Virus record (IMG/VR): IMGVR_UViG_3300020432_000034
Location: 1 to 29,857 of that record
Length of the DNA: 29,857 bases
Origin: a virus
Taxonomy: Duplodnaviria > Caudoviricetes
Reading direction: 5' to 3' (one strand)
The notes below the pieces were generated by a model. The model did no database searches. It was not told the DNA's origin and saw only the letters and a list, made by a program, of their open reading frames with translations. This document shows positions 8,498-20,600 of the stretch, in pieces; position 1 is the first letter of the stretch, and the number at the start of each line of letters is the position of its first letter. The translations under genes were made by a program, and so were the position numbers.

Positions 8498-9166
8498 ATG
8501 GCAACTGAAGTAGATATTTGCAACCTTGCCCTAGCTCACTTGGGTGATGATGCAACAATAGCTTCGCTTAATCCACCAGAAGGATCAGCACAAGCAGAAA
8601 AAGCTGCACGGTTTTATCCAATAGCAAGAAACAATCTGCTAGAAATGCATACATGGAATTTTGCAGCAAAACGTGGAAATTTAGCATTAACTACAAATAC
8701 ACTTGATCAATGGGATTATGCATATGTAGCACCTGCGGATATGATGAATCCTGTTGCAGTTATATCTCCTTCGGCACAAAACGATTACGCTACAAGAATG
8801 TCAGCAGGTGACACTCCCGGAGGAATTACATCTAACTATGCACCCACTATTGTGGCAGGGCAATATTCACCACAACAATTTGCAGTAGAAGGATCATATA
8901 TTTATACAAATCAAGAAAATGCAATGTTGAGATATCAAGCCTATGTAACTGACCCATCATTATTTTCTCCTTTATTTGTAACTACATTGTCATGGCATTT
9001 AGCATCAATGCTTGCAGGGCCAATAATAAAAGGTGATCAGGGCATGGCAGAAGCAAAACGTAGTACACAAATGATGCAAGGATACTTAACGCAAGCAAAA
9101 CAATCAGATAATTTACATAGAGATATAACAGTAGAACATATAGTTCCTTGGACATCTGGGAGGTAA
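8498..9166 (+). CDS. Head-tail adaptor / tail tubular protein A (T7 gp11-like)
   Basis: EVDICNLALAHLG, HTWNFA, WDYAY..PAD, FSPLFVTTLSWHLA. Confidence 0.85.
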   Translation: MATEVDICNLALAHLGDDATIASLNPPEGSAQAEKAARFYPIARNNLLEMHTWNFAAKRGNLALTTNTLDQWDYAYVAPADMMNPVAVISPSAQNDYATRMSAGDTPGGITSNYAPTIVAGQYSPQQFAVEGSYIYTNQENAMLRYQAYVTDPSLFSPLFVTTLSWHLASMLAGPIIKGDQGMAEAKRSTQMMQGYLTQAKQSDNLHRDITVEHIVPWTSGR

Positions 9167-9169
9167 TTA

Positions 9170-11635
9170 ATGCCTGTAACACGCAATTTTAAACAAGCGT
9201 TTTCTGGAGGTGAAATATCACCAGAAATGTTTGGACGTATTGATGACAGTAAATATCAACAAGGTGCAGCAACAATGCGTAATTTTATTGCTAAACCACA
9301 AGGCCCTGCCGAAAACAGACCGGGATTTGCATTTGTAAAAGAAGTAAAAGATAGCGCACAAGCAGTAAGATTAATGTCTTTTACTTTTTCTACTGTGCAA
9401 ACAATGGTTATAGAAATGGGTGATCAGTATTTTAGATTTCATACACAAGGTGCAACATTAAATTACAGCAACGGAACAGCATGGAATAGTGCTACTAATT
9501 ATGTAACTGGAGATATAGCTTTATATAACGGTGTTAATTATTACGCTAAAACTGAACATCAAAACCAAGCACCGCCTAGTACAGGTTATTGGTATGCATT
9601 ACCTGCTGATATGACATATGAAATACCATCACCGTATTTAGAAGCAGAATTATTTGATATACATTATGTGCAATCTGCTGACGTTATGACAATTGTGCAT
9701 CCTAGTCACGCACCTAGAGAATTAAGAAGACTTGGTGCAACACAATGGGAACTTAAAACAATAAATTTTGGAAGTCCTATTGCGTCACCAACTGGTGTAT
9801 CTGTAAGTGCCTATATTCCTTCATCATCTAGTACAAATACAGATACATATGAAGATCATGAATATGTAGTAACAGCAATTGGTAGTAACTTAATAGATGA
9901 AAGCGCACAATCTAGTTCTAGTTCAGTTAGTAATAATATTTTTGTAACTGGAGCTAAAAACACTATTTCGTGGAATGCTGTTAGTGGTGCTGCAAGATAT
10001 AGAGTATATAAAGAACAAGCAGGTGTATATGGATTTTTAGGAGAAACGACTAGCACAACAATTGTAGATGCAAACATAGCACCAGATTTTTCTAGAACAC
10101 CTCCTGTTTATGACAATCCATTTCCAAGTTCTAATAATTTTCCGGGTGCTGTATCTTATTTTGAACAACGAAGAGTTTTTGCAGGTACAAATAATGATCC
10201 GCAAACTATTTACATGACCAAATCAGGTACTGAAAGTAATATGTCTTTTGGTATACCTATACGAGATGATGACCGTATTAAATTTAGAGTTGCTGCTCGT
10301 GAAGCAAACACAATACGACACATTGTTCCATTAACACAATTACTATTGCTTACAGGGTCAGCAGAATGGCGTATAGCATCTGTTAATAGTGACGCTATAA
10401 CACCTAGTTCTATATCGGTAAAACCACAATCTTATGTTGGTGCAAACAATGCACAACCAGTAATTGTAAACAACAGTATGGTTTATGCTGCTGCTCGTGG
10501 TGGTCATGTAAGAGAATTAGGTTATAACTGGCAAGCAAATGGATTTATTACAGGTGATTTATCTCTTCGTGCGCCACATTTGTTTGATAATTTTAGAATA
10601 GCAGATATGGCATTAGCTAAAGCACCATTGCCTATTGTATGGATGACAAGTAGTAGTGGTAAATTAATAGGTTTTACATATGTGCCGGAACAACAAGTAG
10701 GTGCATGGCATCAACACGATACAGATGGCACGTTTGAAAGCGTTGCTACTGTTTCTGAAGGTGATGATGATGTTGTTTATTGTGTTATAAAAAGAACTAT
10801 AAATGGTGCATCAAAAAAATACATAGAACGTATGGGTACAAGATTGTACGCCACTCAACGTGATAGTTTTTTTGTAGACGCAGGTGCAACATATAATGGC
10901 ACAAATACAAACACAGGACGTAACGTAACTATATCTGGCGGTACAAACTATACAAAAGGAGAAAGCGTTACTATAACTGCTAATTATAATTTATTTAATG
11001 CACCACCTAGTCTTGATGATGTAGGTGACGCAATTGTATTAGTAGACGGCACAAATTATTATCGTTGCAATATTGTATCTACTACAAGTCAAACAGTAGC
11101 TACAGTAAAACTTGATCGAGATTTACCTGCAAATTTACGCAATACAGCAATTACTACATATGAAGTTGCAAGAAATGTTATATCAGGTATTACATGGCTA
11201 GAGGGCAAAACAGTTAGTATATTAGCTGATGGTGCTGTACATCCACAGAAAGTTGTATCGAGCGGTTCTATTACGTTAGATCGTGCGTCTAGTATTGTTC
11301 ATGTTGGTTTACCTTATGAAAGCGATTTGCAATCATTACCATTAGCTTTGCAAGCAGAAGCATTTGGTCAAGGTCGTGTTAAAAATTTAAACCATGTATG
11401 GGTAAGAGTATTAGAAAGTTCTGGTATTTTTGCAGGGCCGAGTGCAGATAAGCTAGTAGAAGCAAAACAACGTACAACAGAACCATATGGCTCACCACCT
11501 AATTTAAAAACAGAAGATATAAAAATTATGCTTACACCTACATGGCAAGATAATGGACAATTATTTGTACGTCAATCTGATCCATTACCATTAACAATTG
11601 TTGGTTTAACACTAGAAGTAGCTATAGGTGGATAG
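9170..11635 (+). CDS. Tail nozzle / tail tubular protein B (T7 gp12-like)
   Basis: FSGGEISPEMFGRID, YVQSADVM, PGAVSYFEQRRVFAG, AWHQHDT, QSDPLPLTIV; 821 aa. Confidence 0.9.
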   Translation: MPVTRNFKQAFSGGEISPEMFGRIDDSKYQQGAATMRNFIAKPQGPAENRPGFAFVKEVKDSAQAVRLMSFTFSTVQTMVIEMGDQYFRFHTQGATLNYSNGTAWNSATNYVTGDIALYNGVNYYAKTEHQNQAPPSTGYWYALPADMTYEIPSPYLEAELFDIHYVQSADVMTIVHPSHAPRELRRLGATQWELKTINFGSPIASPTGVSVSAYIPSSSSTNTDTYEDHEYVVTAIGSNLIDESAQSSSSSVSNNIFVTGAKNTISWNAVSGAARYRVYKEQAGVYGFLGETTSTTIVDANIAPDFSRTPPVYDNPFPSSNNFPGAVSYFEQRRVFAGTNNDPQTIYMTKSGTESNMSFGIPIRDDDRIKFRVAAREANTIRHIVPLTQLLLLTGSAEWRIASVNSDAITPSSISVKPQSYVGANNAQPVIVNNSMVYAAARGGHVRELGYNWQANGFITGDLSLRAPHLFDNFRIADMALAKAPLPIVWMTSSSGKLIGFTYVPEQQVGAWHQHDTDGTFESVATVSEGDDDVVYCVIKRTINGASKKYIERMGTRLYATQRDSFFVDAGATYNGTNTNTGRNVTISGGTNYTKGESVTITANYNLFNAPPSLDDVGDAIVLVDGTNYYRCNIVSTTSQTVATVKLDRDLPANLRNTAITTYEVARNVISGITWLEGKTVSILADGAVHPQKVVSSGSITLDRASSIVHVGLPYESDLQSLPLALQAEAFGQGRVKNLNHVWVRVLESSGIFAGPSADKLVEAKQRTTEPYGSPPNLKTEDIKIMLTPTWQDNGQLFVRQSDPLPLTIVGLTLEVAIGG

Positions 11636-11668
11636 TGTAACCGTAAGGCGATATAGTGTATGTATATT
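11635..11668 (+). promoter_or_regulatory. Phage promoter motif copy 3 (GTGTAACCGTAA-N16-TATATT)
   Basis: One mismatch to the 12-mer; -10 at 11663-11668; heads the ejection-protein block. Confidence 0.78.
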
Positions 11669-11693
11669 AGAAAAATAAGTAGTTGTTGAGGTT

Positions 11694-12245
11694 ATGGCAA
11701 CAAATTGGGATAAAGTAGGCGGTATTGCATCTATAACAGGAACTGTTCAAGGAATGATCGGTTCTTATTTTGCTGCGGAAACAGAAAAATACAAATATAA
11801 ATCAATGGCTCTTGGCTATGAGCATAAAAAAGATATGGCTAAAATAAATAGCCGTATGTTAGAAAGGCAAGCACAACAGGTAGGTAGAGCATATAACAGA
11901 CAGATAATGATTAAAACTATGCAAGCAGGTCAACGTAGAGGAAGAGCTACAGCAAGTGCTGCTGCAAGAGGTGGTAGTTTAGGTTATGGCAGTACAGCTA
12001 ATCTTTTTGCTAGTGACGAAATAATGAAAGAAATAGACAAAATTACAATGAATACTAATAAAGTACAAGCAATGAATGAAGCAAGAATGCGTAAAGTAAA
12101 TATGGATATTAGAGGAACAATGCTTGGTGTTTCACAAGCCGGGGCATTAGCTAACGCATCAACAGTTAGTCCATTTTTAAACATGAGTAGTACGTTATTA
12201 ACTGGTATTGGTGATGTAATTAAAAACAAATATTTTGAAGGTTAA
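11694..12245 (+). CDS. Internal virion (ejection) protein, T7 gp14-like
   Basis: Gly/Ala-rich hydrophobic termini with a central coiled coil and ASAAARGG..GYGS motif; first of three ejection genes; GAGG SD. Confidence 0.7.
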   Translation: MATNWDKVGGIASITGTVQGMIGSYFAAETEKYKYKSMALGYEHKKDMAKINSRMLERQAQQVGRAYNRQIMIKTMQAGQRRGRATASAAARGGSLGYGSTANLFASDEIMKEIDKITMNTNKVQAMNEARMRKVNMDIRGTMLGVSQAGALANASTVSPFLNMSSTLLTGIGDVIKNKYFEG

Positions 12246-12247
12246 TT

Positions 12248-14635
12248 ATGGCTACAGTACCTTTCCAAACAACACCTACAGAACAAATTAGAGTTGGATC
12301 TGCACCTCAATTAAGTGCTACGGAAGTACGTCCAATGGACGATACAGTTACTGATGATATACAAAGATCTAGCAAAGCATTTAATCAATTTGCACAAATA
12401 GCAAAAGGTTTACAAGATGAAAGAGATGACGCACATTCTAAAGAATTACATACTGAATATCAAACAAAAGCATTAGAAATTGAAAATAATTACCTTTCAT
12501 TAGAACTTGGTAATGCTGTAAAAGTAGTTGGTTATGAAGACGATGGCACTACACCTATTACTGCATATGATCAAAAAGTAAAAGACCTTAATGAGTTAAA
12601 AGAACAAATAGCAGAAAGAACAGAAAATAAAAACCAATTAGCAATATTTAACGAAAAATCAGCAGCAACAATATTATCTTCAACAAACCGAATGAGTAAA
12701 CATTCGATAACTGAAGGATCTAAACACGCAAACAACGAAGCTATTGCTGATATAGATAATTCAATTACACAAACTGGATTGTCTGTAGATGATTTTAATA
12801 TGGGTGAAAATAGTGAATATGTAAAAAATTTAGTTGCTCTTGATGTAAAAATAAAAAATTATGCAGAATCTAAAGGCATAACATTTGTTGGAGATTCGCA
12901 AGGTAGTACAGAAGACAGCGAAACATATATAAATATTAGAAATGGATATTTAAACAAAGTACATGATACATCTATAGGAAAATTATTAATTAATAATGAA
13001 TATCGTAAAGCTGCTGAGTATTTAGAGTTTCATAAAAATAATGGAACTATTGCACAAGGACAAATAAACAAACATATGAAAACAATAAAAACAGGTTTAA
13101 ATAAAGAAAATGGAGAAAATATTGCAAAAAATATAATAGAAGGAAAAAACATTAATTCAAATGACGGTGGTTTTACTAGTTCTGCACAAGTAATAACTTC
13201 ATTAGAAGGTAGCAATAATGCAACTAACAGTAATGGGTTGCCATATGTAGAAGGTAATGGAAAAGAAATTACAATACAAAATTTAGAAAAATTACAAAAA
13301 GAATCTAAATATTATAAAGAAGGTGCAACTGTATCATTACCGCCAGAACATCGCACAACACATTTGTTTTTAACAAAAGAACTAGGAGTAAAAAAAGCAG
13401 ACAATTTATTTACTAAAGCAAATACATTATTAAAAGAAGAAGGTTTTGTTATAGATAAAGAAAAAATGAAAACTGATTCTGTTTATGCAGCAGAAGTAAA
13501 TGCAAAATTAATGGAAAAGGTTGTAGGTTTAGGCAAAGAAGAGTTAGGTAAAAAATATGGCGAAGGTTATGAACTAGATTTATATTCTAAAGATTTAGAT
13601 ACTGTTGTATCAAAAATAGATTACACATATAAAGACACACAACAACCATCAATTCGTGTTGGTGAAGATGGTGTATTTAATTTAGAAGATACTCTTGTTT
13701 TTGCTAGAGAAAATATAAAAGATCCAAGCGTGTTGGAATATGTAGAAGCTAATTTAAAAGCTAAACATACCGAACTTACAGAATTTGCAGAAGAAAACTA
13801 TAAAACAGAGATATTAGGCCCTGCTGAAGAATTGGCATATGCAGAACCCGGTGGTTGGAGAAATATAAAACCAGAAATTTGGGAACAACTTAAAGTTGAA
13901 GACCAAGAAAATTTACAAAAAGGTTTTTCTAAAACAACAGATAGAAATACTATTATTGCTATAGAAACAGGAGAAATAAATATTTTTGATGAAAAAGCAG
14001 AAAATTATCAAAGTTTAGAATCATTAAGGTATTTGATGACAGAAGCTAAATATGAAGAATTAGCGTTAGAAGTTGCAGGTGTAAAATCTGGTAGTAGTAG
14101 TGGCAGTTCTCTTAGTGGCAGCGTATCTGTTGATAAAGAAATGTTTGACAAAAATTTAGCAAATTATAAATTTGAAACTAAGGTAGATTTGTTAAAAAAT
14201 AAAGGTAAAGAAGGAGATGATTATTTAGATATAAAAGATGCTTTAAAAAAAGAAATATTTAGATTTGAAAAAGAAAATGGTGTAAAGCCTAATTACGAAC
14301 AAAAAGAAGCATTATTGCAAAAAATCTTAGCAGATAAAGTATTTCTTGCAGGTAAAGGTAGATTTAGACCAGTACCAATAGTTGCAGTTGACCTTAAAGA
14401 CCAGAAAAAAGTATATGTCAGAGTAGGAGGTAAACGTATTTTTATGAAAGATATACCAGAAAAACAAGAAGAATTTATTATAGAGTCAATTATAAAAGCA
14501 GGTTTACCTGTGACACAACAAAGAATTGCAGAGTATTGGGTAGAAGCAGGTAAACCTAAAGGTGATACAAAAGTAGATGCTACACAAAGCATAGGTGAAA
14601 TTAAAGGGCCAACATACGGATTGATGGCAGGTTAA
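12248..14635 (+). CDS. Internal virion (ejection) protein, T7 gp15-like position
   Basis: 795 aa, charged and helical; synteny between the gp14-like and the giant gp16-like gene. Confidence 0.6.
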   Translation: MATVPFQTTPTEQIRVGSAPQLSATEVRPMDDTVTDDIQRSSKAFNQFAQIAKGLQDERDDAHSKELHTEYQTKALEIENNYLSLELGNAVKVVGYEDDGTTPITAYDQKVKDLNELKEQIAERTENKNQLAIFNEKSAATILSSTNRMSKHSITEGSKHANNEAIADIDNSITQTGLSVDDFNMGENSEYVKNLVALDVKIKNYAESKGITFVGDSQGSTEDSETYINIRNGYLNKVHDTSIGKLLINNEYRKAAEYLEFHKNNGTIAQGQINKHMKTIKTGLNKENGENIAKNIIEGKNINSNDGGFTSSAQVITSLEGSNNATNSNGLPYVEGNGKEITIQNLEKLQKESKYYKEGATVSLPPEHRTTHLFLTKELGVKKADNLFTKANTLLKEEGFVIDKEKMKTDSVYAAEVNAKLMEKVVGLGKEELGKKYGEGYELDLYSKDLDTVVSKIDYTYKDTQQPSIRVGEDGVFNLEDTLVFARENIKDPSVLEYVEANLKAKHTELTEFAEENYKTEILGPAEELAYAEPGGWRNIKPEIWEQLKVEDQENLQKGFSKTTDRNTIIAIETGEINIFDEKAENYQSLESLRYLMTEAKYEELALEVAGVKSGSSSGSSLSGSVSVDKEMFDKNLANYKFETKVDLLKNKGKEGDDYLDIKDALKKEIFRFEKENGVKPNYEQKEALLQKILADKVFLAGKGRFRPVPIVAVDLKDQKKVYVRVGGKRIFMKDIPEKQEEFIIESIIKAGLPVTQQRIAEYWVEAGKPKGDTKVDATQSIGEIKGPTYGLMAG

Positions 14636-14639
14636 TTAC

Positions 14640-17600
14640 ATGACTAATATTTACGATCAATTTGCAGAAAACGAGAAAGAAGAAAAAGACATATTAGAAC
14701 TGGCTCCTAGTCAAAACATTGGTTCTAGTTACGCACCTAGTTACAACCCATATGATGAAATAACTAGACGAAGAGAACAAACTACAAACAATTTAGTAAA
14801 AGCTAATTTGCAAGCTGTAATGAAAAAAGACCCTGAGATGGTAGGAGAAGGATTAAGACTTGCAGAAGAAATAGGTCTAGATAAAAGTTTTGCTTTAGAT
14901 AGCGATGAAGCAATAAAATTAATGCGAGAAAAAAATAAAGCAGATCGTTTGCAAAGTTTAGAACTTGCAAAATATAGTCCTATATTACATAGAAAATTAA
15001 CTGACCCTACGTTTGCAGCTATTGCTTATGACAACATAAAAGATTTACAAGGGCTAGAAAAATTATTTGATGATTTTAAAAGTATTCCAGAAAATGTAGC
15101 CCAAGGTTGGGAAAAAGGAAGGTTAAATGTACGAAGAGGAAAAATAGGTACGATGAAATTATATGGCAATACAGATGAAAATTTAGATTTTGAATTAGCA
15201 GATATTAATAAAAGATTAGAAGAAATAGAAAAAGATGGTACTGGAATATTTGAAGAAGGATTTTCTATAATTGGACAATATTCAAAAACATTACCAGACG
15301 CATTAGAAATAGGTTTATACACAGGTGCTGCTAGTGGTGTGGCAGGTGCTGTTACAGGGCCGGGTTCTATATTCACAGCTAAAGGTGGTTTTATTGTTGG
15401 ATTTTTAGGATCAATGGCATTTGATAGTTATGCCATAGAAGGCGGTTCAATGTATCTTGATTTATTAGAAGAAGGCTTAGATAGTCAAACTTCTAAAAAT
15501 ATTGCTACAGGTGTTGGTTTAGTAAATGCAGGTTTTGAATTTGTAGGTTTGGGTGCAGTTACACAACCTATAAGAAAAGCATTAATTAAAGAAACAACGA
15601 AACAATTAACAAAAAAATTAGCAAAACCTACTGTTAAAACTACATTAACTAATTTTGCTAAAAATTATTTTTTAAATAATATGTTGGCAGAATCATTAAC
15701 TGAAGTAGCACAAGAAGGCACAAATATTTTAGGCCGTGATTTAGCAGTAGCATTAAGCGATACAGATTTAGAATTAAAAATTGCAACTGAAAGTGGTCGG
15801 GCAGAAATAGCAGATAGATTAACAACTACTTTTATAAGAAGTATGCAAGGTATGGCTTTAGTTGGTTTAGCAGGTAGTGGCCCTGTGTTTATTGGCGATA
15901 TACAAAAAGTACGAAAGGCAAAAGAAAATGAAGTATTTTTAAACGAATTATCAACTAATTCTTCAGCAAGTGTTTTAAAAAAAAGAAGTGCTACAGAATA
16001 TCAAAATTTAACACAAGAGTTAGGCAACGATAAAGGTAAGCCAAATGCTTATGTAGATGCACAAACTGTTGTTGAAGTAATGAAACAACAAGGTATTACT
16101 ATGCAAGACATAGAACAAGTGTCACCTAATATTGCAAATCAAATAAAAGAATTAAATAAATCAGGTGCATTAGTTGGACAAGATATTGTTATACCTACAG
16201 GTGAATACGCAGCAAAACTTGCAAATACAGAATTTGATGGATTTTTAAAACAACACATACGTTGGGATAAAGATGATTTTAGTAAAGCAGAAAGCACATA
16301 TTTTGAAGCTAATCGTCAAAAACTATACGAAGAAGCAAGACAAATAACAGAAAAACAAGAAAACAAAACTAATAAATTTACAGAAAGTGTTGGCAAAATA
16401 AAAACTAATTTTGAAAAAATGTTATTAGATACTGGTAAATTTAGAAATAAAGACGCAATTAACGCAGCCACTTTTTATCAAAGTTATGTAATAACACAAT
16501 CTAATAGGTTAGGAATAACACCTGATGAATTTGTACAAAAATATCCATATCAAGTAGTAGGGCCAGAACAAACACAAGTTCTTGCACAGCAAAATATAAA
16601 TGATGTAAATAAAGAAATAAATAATTTTAAACAACAATTAAAAAATTTAGGCACGCAACCACCATTGCCACCAGAAAATGCAAGGTTTGATGAGTCAGGT
16701 AATTCTACGGCTGCATATCAAAATTATTTAGATTGGGAAACAAAAAATAATGAACTTAATAATCAGATTGAAGATTTAGAAAATGAACGTGAAATATTTA
16801 CACAAAGAACAATACAAAGTAAAGGTAAACCAATACCTGTTGAAATATTAGAACTTGGCAAATTAGAAAATAGTTTTGAATTTGCAGGTAAAACTCAATA
16901 TGCAACTAATCGTGACTTTAAAATAGCTATACAAGAACGTATAAATAATGCTGCTAAACAAGCAAAAGTTAATTTATCTGATTTTTCTGTTGAGACAGAA
17001 AAACATCTTGTACAAAATTTACTTGCAGATGCAGAGTTTGCATTAAAAACTAATCCAAATGCAGTTGGTTGGTATAACGAAAAAGTAACAAAAGCATTAG
17101 CCGTATTGTCTCAAGTGCATCCAGAAATAGCTACAGATGCACAAGCAAGATTTGCTTTTATTTGGGCATTAGCTAATACATCTAATGGTTTAAAAGTAGA
17201 TAAAAATTTTGAATTAGCAGAACAAGCATATGCATATTACGCACAAAATAATGCAATGCCAGTTGATATAGGCATAGGTGATGCAAGTGCTGCAATTAAT
17301 AACAACATGAAATTGTTTAATAGATTAATGGAAGAAAAAGGGTTTGAAGAATTTGAACAATTTATGAAAACTATGCACACCGTAAAAGAGGTAGAAGCTT
17401 TTACTGGTAGTACTGTGTCAGGAGAAAACAAAACCGAAATGGTTTATGGTGCTGCGGTAATGGGGCCAAAAATTGGTAATGGATTTTTTGCTAATTTATA
17501 TGGTCAATTTGAACAATTAACTATGGATAGATGGTTAATGCGTACATGGGGTCGAATGACAGGCACATTAATAATTGACTATAAAAAACAAGCAAAGACA

Positions 17601-20600
17601 AAACGTGAACAATTAAAACAATTAATAAAAGGTTTAAGTTTAAAAGATAAAAAAGCTTTTGAAAAAATAATTGGTATAAAAATAAAACTTAGCAATTTAG
17701 ATGAAGTAGCTGTAGCAATACAAAAAGCAAGTATGAAACCTGCTAATAGAAAAGCAATGGCACAAATTGCAACTATTGAAAATACAGCTAACGCAGACCT
17801 TATAACATCTATTTTAGGTACACCTAAGAAAAACATAGAAAGAATAGGTATAGGAGATGAATTGCGTAAAGGCGGTAATGGTTTGGCTAAATTTATTGAC
17901 GGACAAAAAGAAGCACCTACTGGGCCAGTAGAAAGAAGACAAATTAGAAAAGTTTTTAATCAAGCGTTGAACCTATTGCAACAAAACAAAAAATCGCTTA
18001 CAATGGCAGATCTACAGGCGTTAGTTTGGTATCCAGAAAAACGTTTGTATGACACTGCTAAACTAAGTCAAGCAGAGCAAACTACAGGTTATCAAGATAA
18101 TGAAGCACCTGATTACGCCAATGCTGCTGTTAATTTGGCACAGCAACTTGGTGTGTCAGATGTTGACATCCAAACTACATTACAGGAGGTAGACCTTGAA
18201 CTCGAACGTCAGGCCACTATCGGCACAAGAGGAAGTGAATCTGGAGAAGGAACAGGAGGAGTTATACAACGAGATAATATTGAAACAGACGAAGCAACAG
18301 GACTCCCTCTCAACGAAGACGGAACAGTTACCGTCTACCACCACACCAACAAACAAGCAGCAGACAGCATCAGAAAGTCCGGTAAACTTAAAAGTTCTGG
18401 AGAACCTGATGTCTACGTTACCACCAGAAATGTCCCAGATACTGGCTATGGTGATACCTCAGTTGGACTCAGAGTCGACCCTACTAGACTTAGTCTCGAT
18501 GATGAATTCCCAAATGGACGAAGAGATTTCAGACTTTCAGTTGGAAAGCCTAGAGGATCTATTCAAGTAGATGTAATAGATCTTGCAGAACAAAGCAAAA
18601 TATTTTCTCAACAACAAGTACCTAGTGGTTTTGATGATGCAAGAGGTGGTTTTGACCCTAAAACATTAACTGCATTTTTAAATAAAGAAGCAGATATATC
18701 TACGTTTTTCCATGAGACAGCACATTTTATGTTAACTGTTATGGAAGATTTAGTGTTAACAGGGCAAGCAACACCAGACATACAAAATGATTTTAATGCG
18801 TTATTAGATTTCTGGGGTGTAGAAAATCTAGATGCATGGAGCAAATTGTCATTAAAAGAAAAAAGAAAATATCATGAAACATTTGCATATAATTACGAAA
18901 TTTATTTAACAGAAAAAAAAGCAGCACCTAGTGTTGGATTACAAGAAATATTTATTAAGTTTGGAGATTATGTACGCAAGGTTTATAGATTTATTGTTAG
19001 CGAATTAAATGAAACATATAAAAAAGAAAATGGTGTAGATTTGCCTGTTTTAACTGATGAAGTTAGGGCTGTAATGGATCGCATGATAGCTAGTGAGGAC
19101 GCAATACTGCAATCGCAACAAATATACGCAATGAAACCTATGTTTGAAACACAGGAACAAAGTGGTATGGATGATGCTACATGGAACGAATATACAAAAG
19201 CTATACAAGAAACACAGGATGCTGCTATAGATTCATTAACTAAAGCAAGTATGGGTCAACTTAAATGGCTTAGTAGAAAAGGTAAATTAATAGAAAGATT
19301 ACAAAACAGAGAAACAAGAGAAACTCGTAAAAGAGTTATGGCAGAAGAAACTGTTAAGGTAGAAAACGAACCATTGTATAAATTACAAAAGTTTTTAAAA
19401 ACTGGCGAATGGAATAATAAAAAAAATGACCAATTTAAAACAGCAGAAACTAGCAAAATAGATATTGATAGTTTAAAAAACCTTATGCCGTTTTATGACA
19501 TGGCATCAGAAATAAAAAAATTAGGTACAGGTAAAAACGGAATGGTTGGTAAGAACGGTATACCAGTACAAATGGTTGCAGAAATGTTTGGTTTTGATAC
19601 TGCAATAGATATGGTTAATGGTTTAGTAGATTTAGAACCAATTAAAACTGTCGTAACTGAACGTACAGAACAACGTATGTTAGACGAGTTTAGTAATTTA
19701 ACAGACCCAGAACAACGTGAATTACAAATACAAGAAGCATTACATAACGAAGCAAGGGCTAGATTTTTAGCTATTGAATTTAAATTTTTAACAAAGACTA
19801 TGCAACCAGTACGTTTTCAAGTAGCTGCTGCTAGACAAGTTGCAAAAGATATATTAGCTGACAAAAAAGTTGGTGACATTAGACCAACAGAATACGCTCG
19901 TGCAAGTAAAAGAGCAGTTAAAGATGCAGAAAAAGCTATGCGAGAAGGTGATAATTTAAAAGTTATACAAGCAAAAAAAGCAGAGTTATTGCATAACCAA
20001 CTTGCTCGTGAAGCTGCAATAATACAAAAACAATTTATAAAAGCAGAAAAAGATTTTAAAAAGTTTTTTGAAAAATCTGATAAAAAAATTGGCGAATTAA
20101 AAAATAGAAATATTGACTATATAAATGTTGGGCAAGAAATTTTATCTAGTTTTGGTATTGGTAAACCATTAGAACCGGGAGTAACGTATGTTGACAAATT
20201 AAAAGCATACAATGAAGATTTATTTAATCAATTAGATCCAATAATAACTGAACTTAAATTATTACCCGGTAGAGAAGTAAGTGATCTTACATTGCGTGAT
20301 TTTGATACTTTATATGAATCAATACAATCTTTGTGGTATCAATCAAGGCGTGATCAACAAATGAAAATTGGCAATCAATTAATAGAAAGACAAGCAATAG
20401 TTGACGAATTAGTTGGACGTTTAAGCAATATGACAAGTAGATCTTCAATTAATGTAGGTAAAACTAAAGAACCTAGTTTTTTTGAAAAACAAGTTTTAAA
20501 ATTAGAAGGTTTAAAATCAGCATTAAGACGAGTTGAACATTGGGCCGATGGTTTTGATGGAGATGCAGTAAATGCAAGAATAATAAGAGGTGGTGGTGTG

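Noticed and set aside
10266-10300. Partial promoter-motif match ATGATGACCGTAT
   Set aside because: Several mismatches and no TAnnnT at the 16-nt spacing.
13170-13400. Possible lysozyme/transglycosylase remnant (VITSLEGS) in the 795-aa ejection protein
   Set aside because: Downstream catalytic motifs are not recognisable and cannot be supported without a profile search.
17374-17407. Partial promoter-motif match TGCACACCGTAA
   Set aside because: The 5' half mismatches, the hexamer at 16 nt is TACTGG, and it is intragenic.
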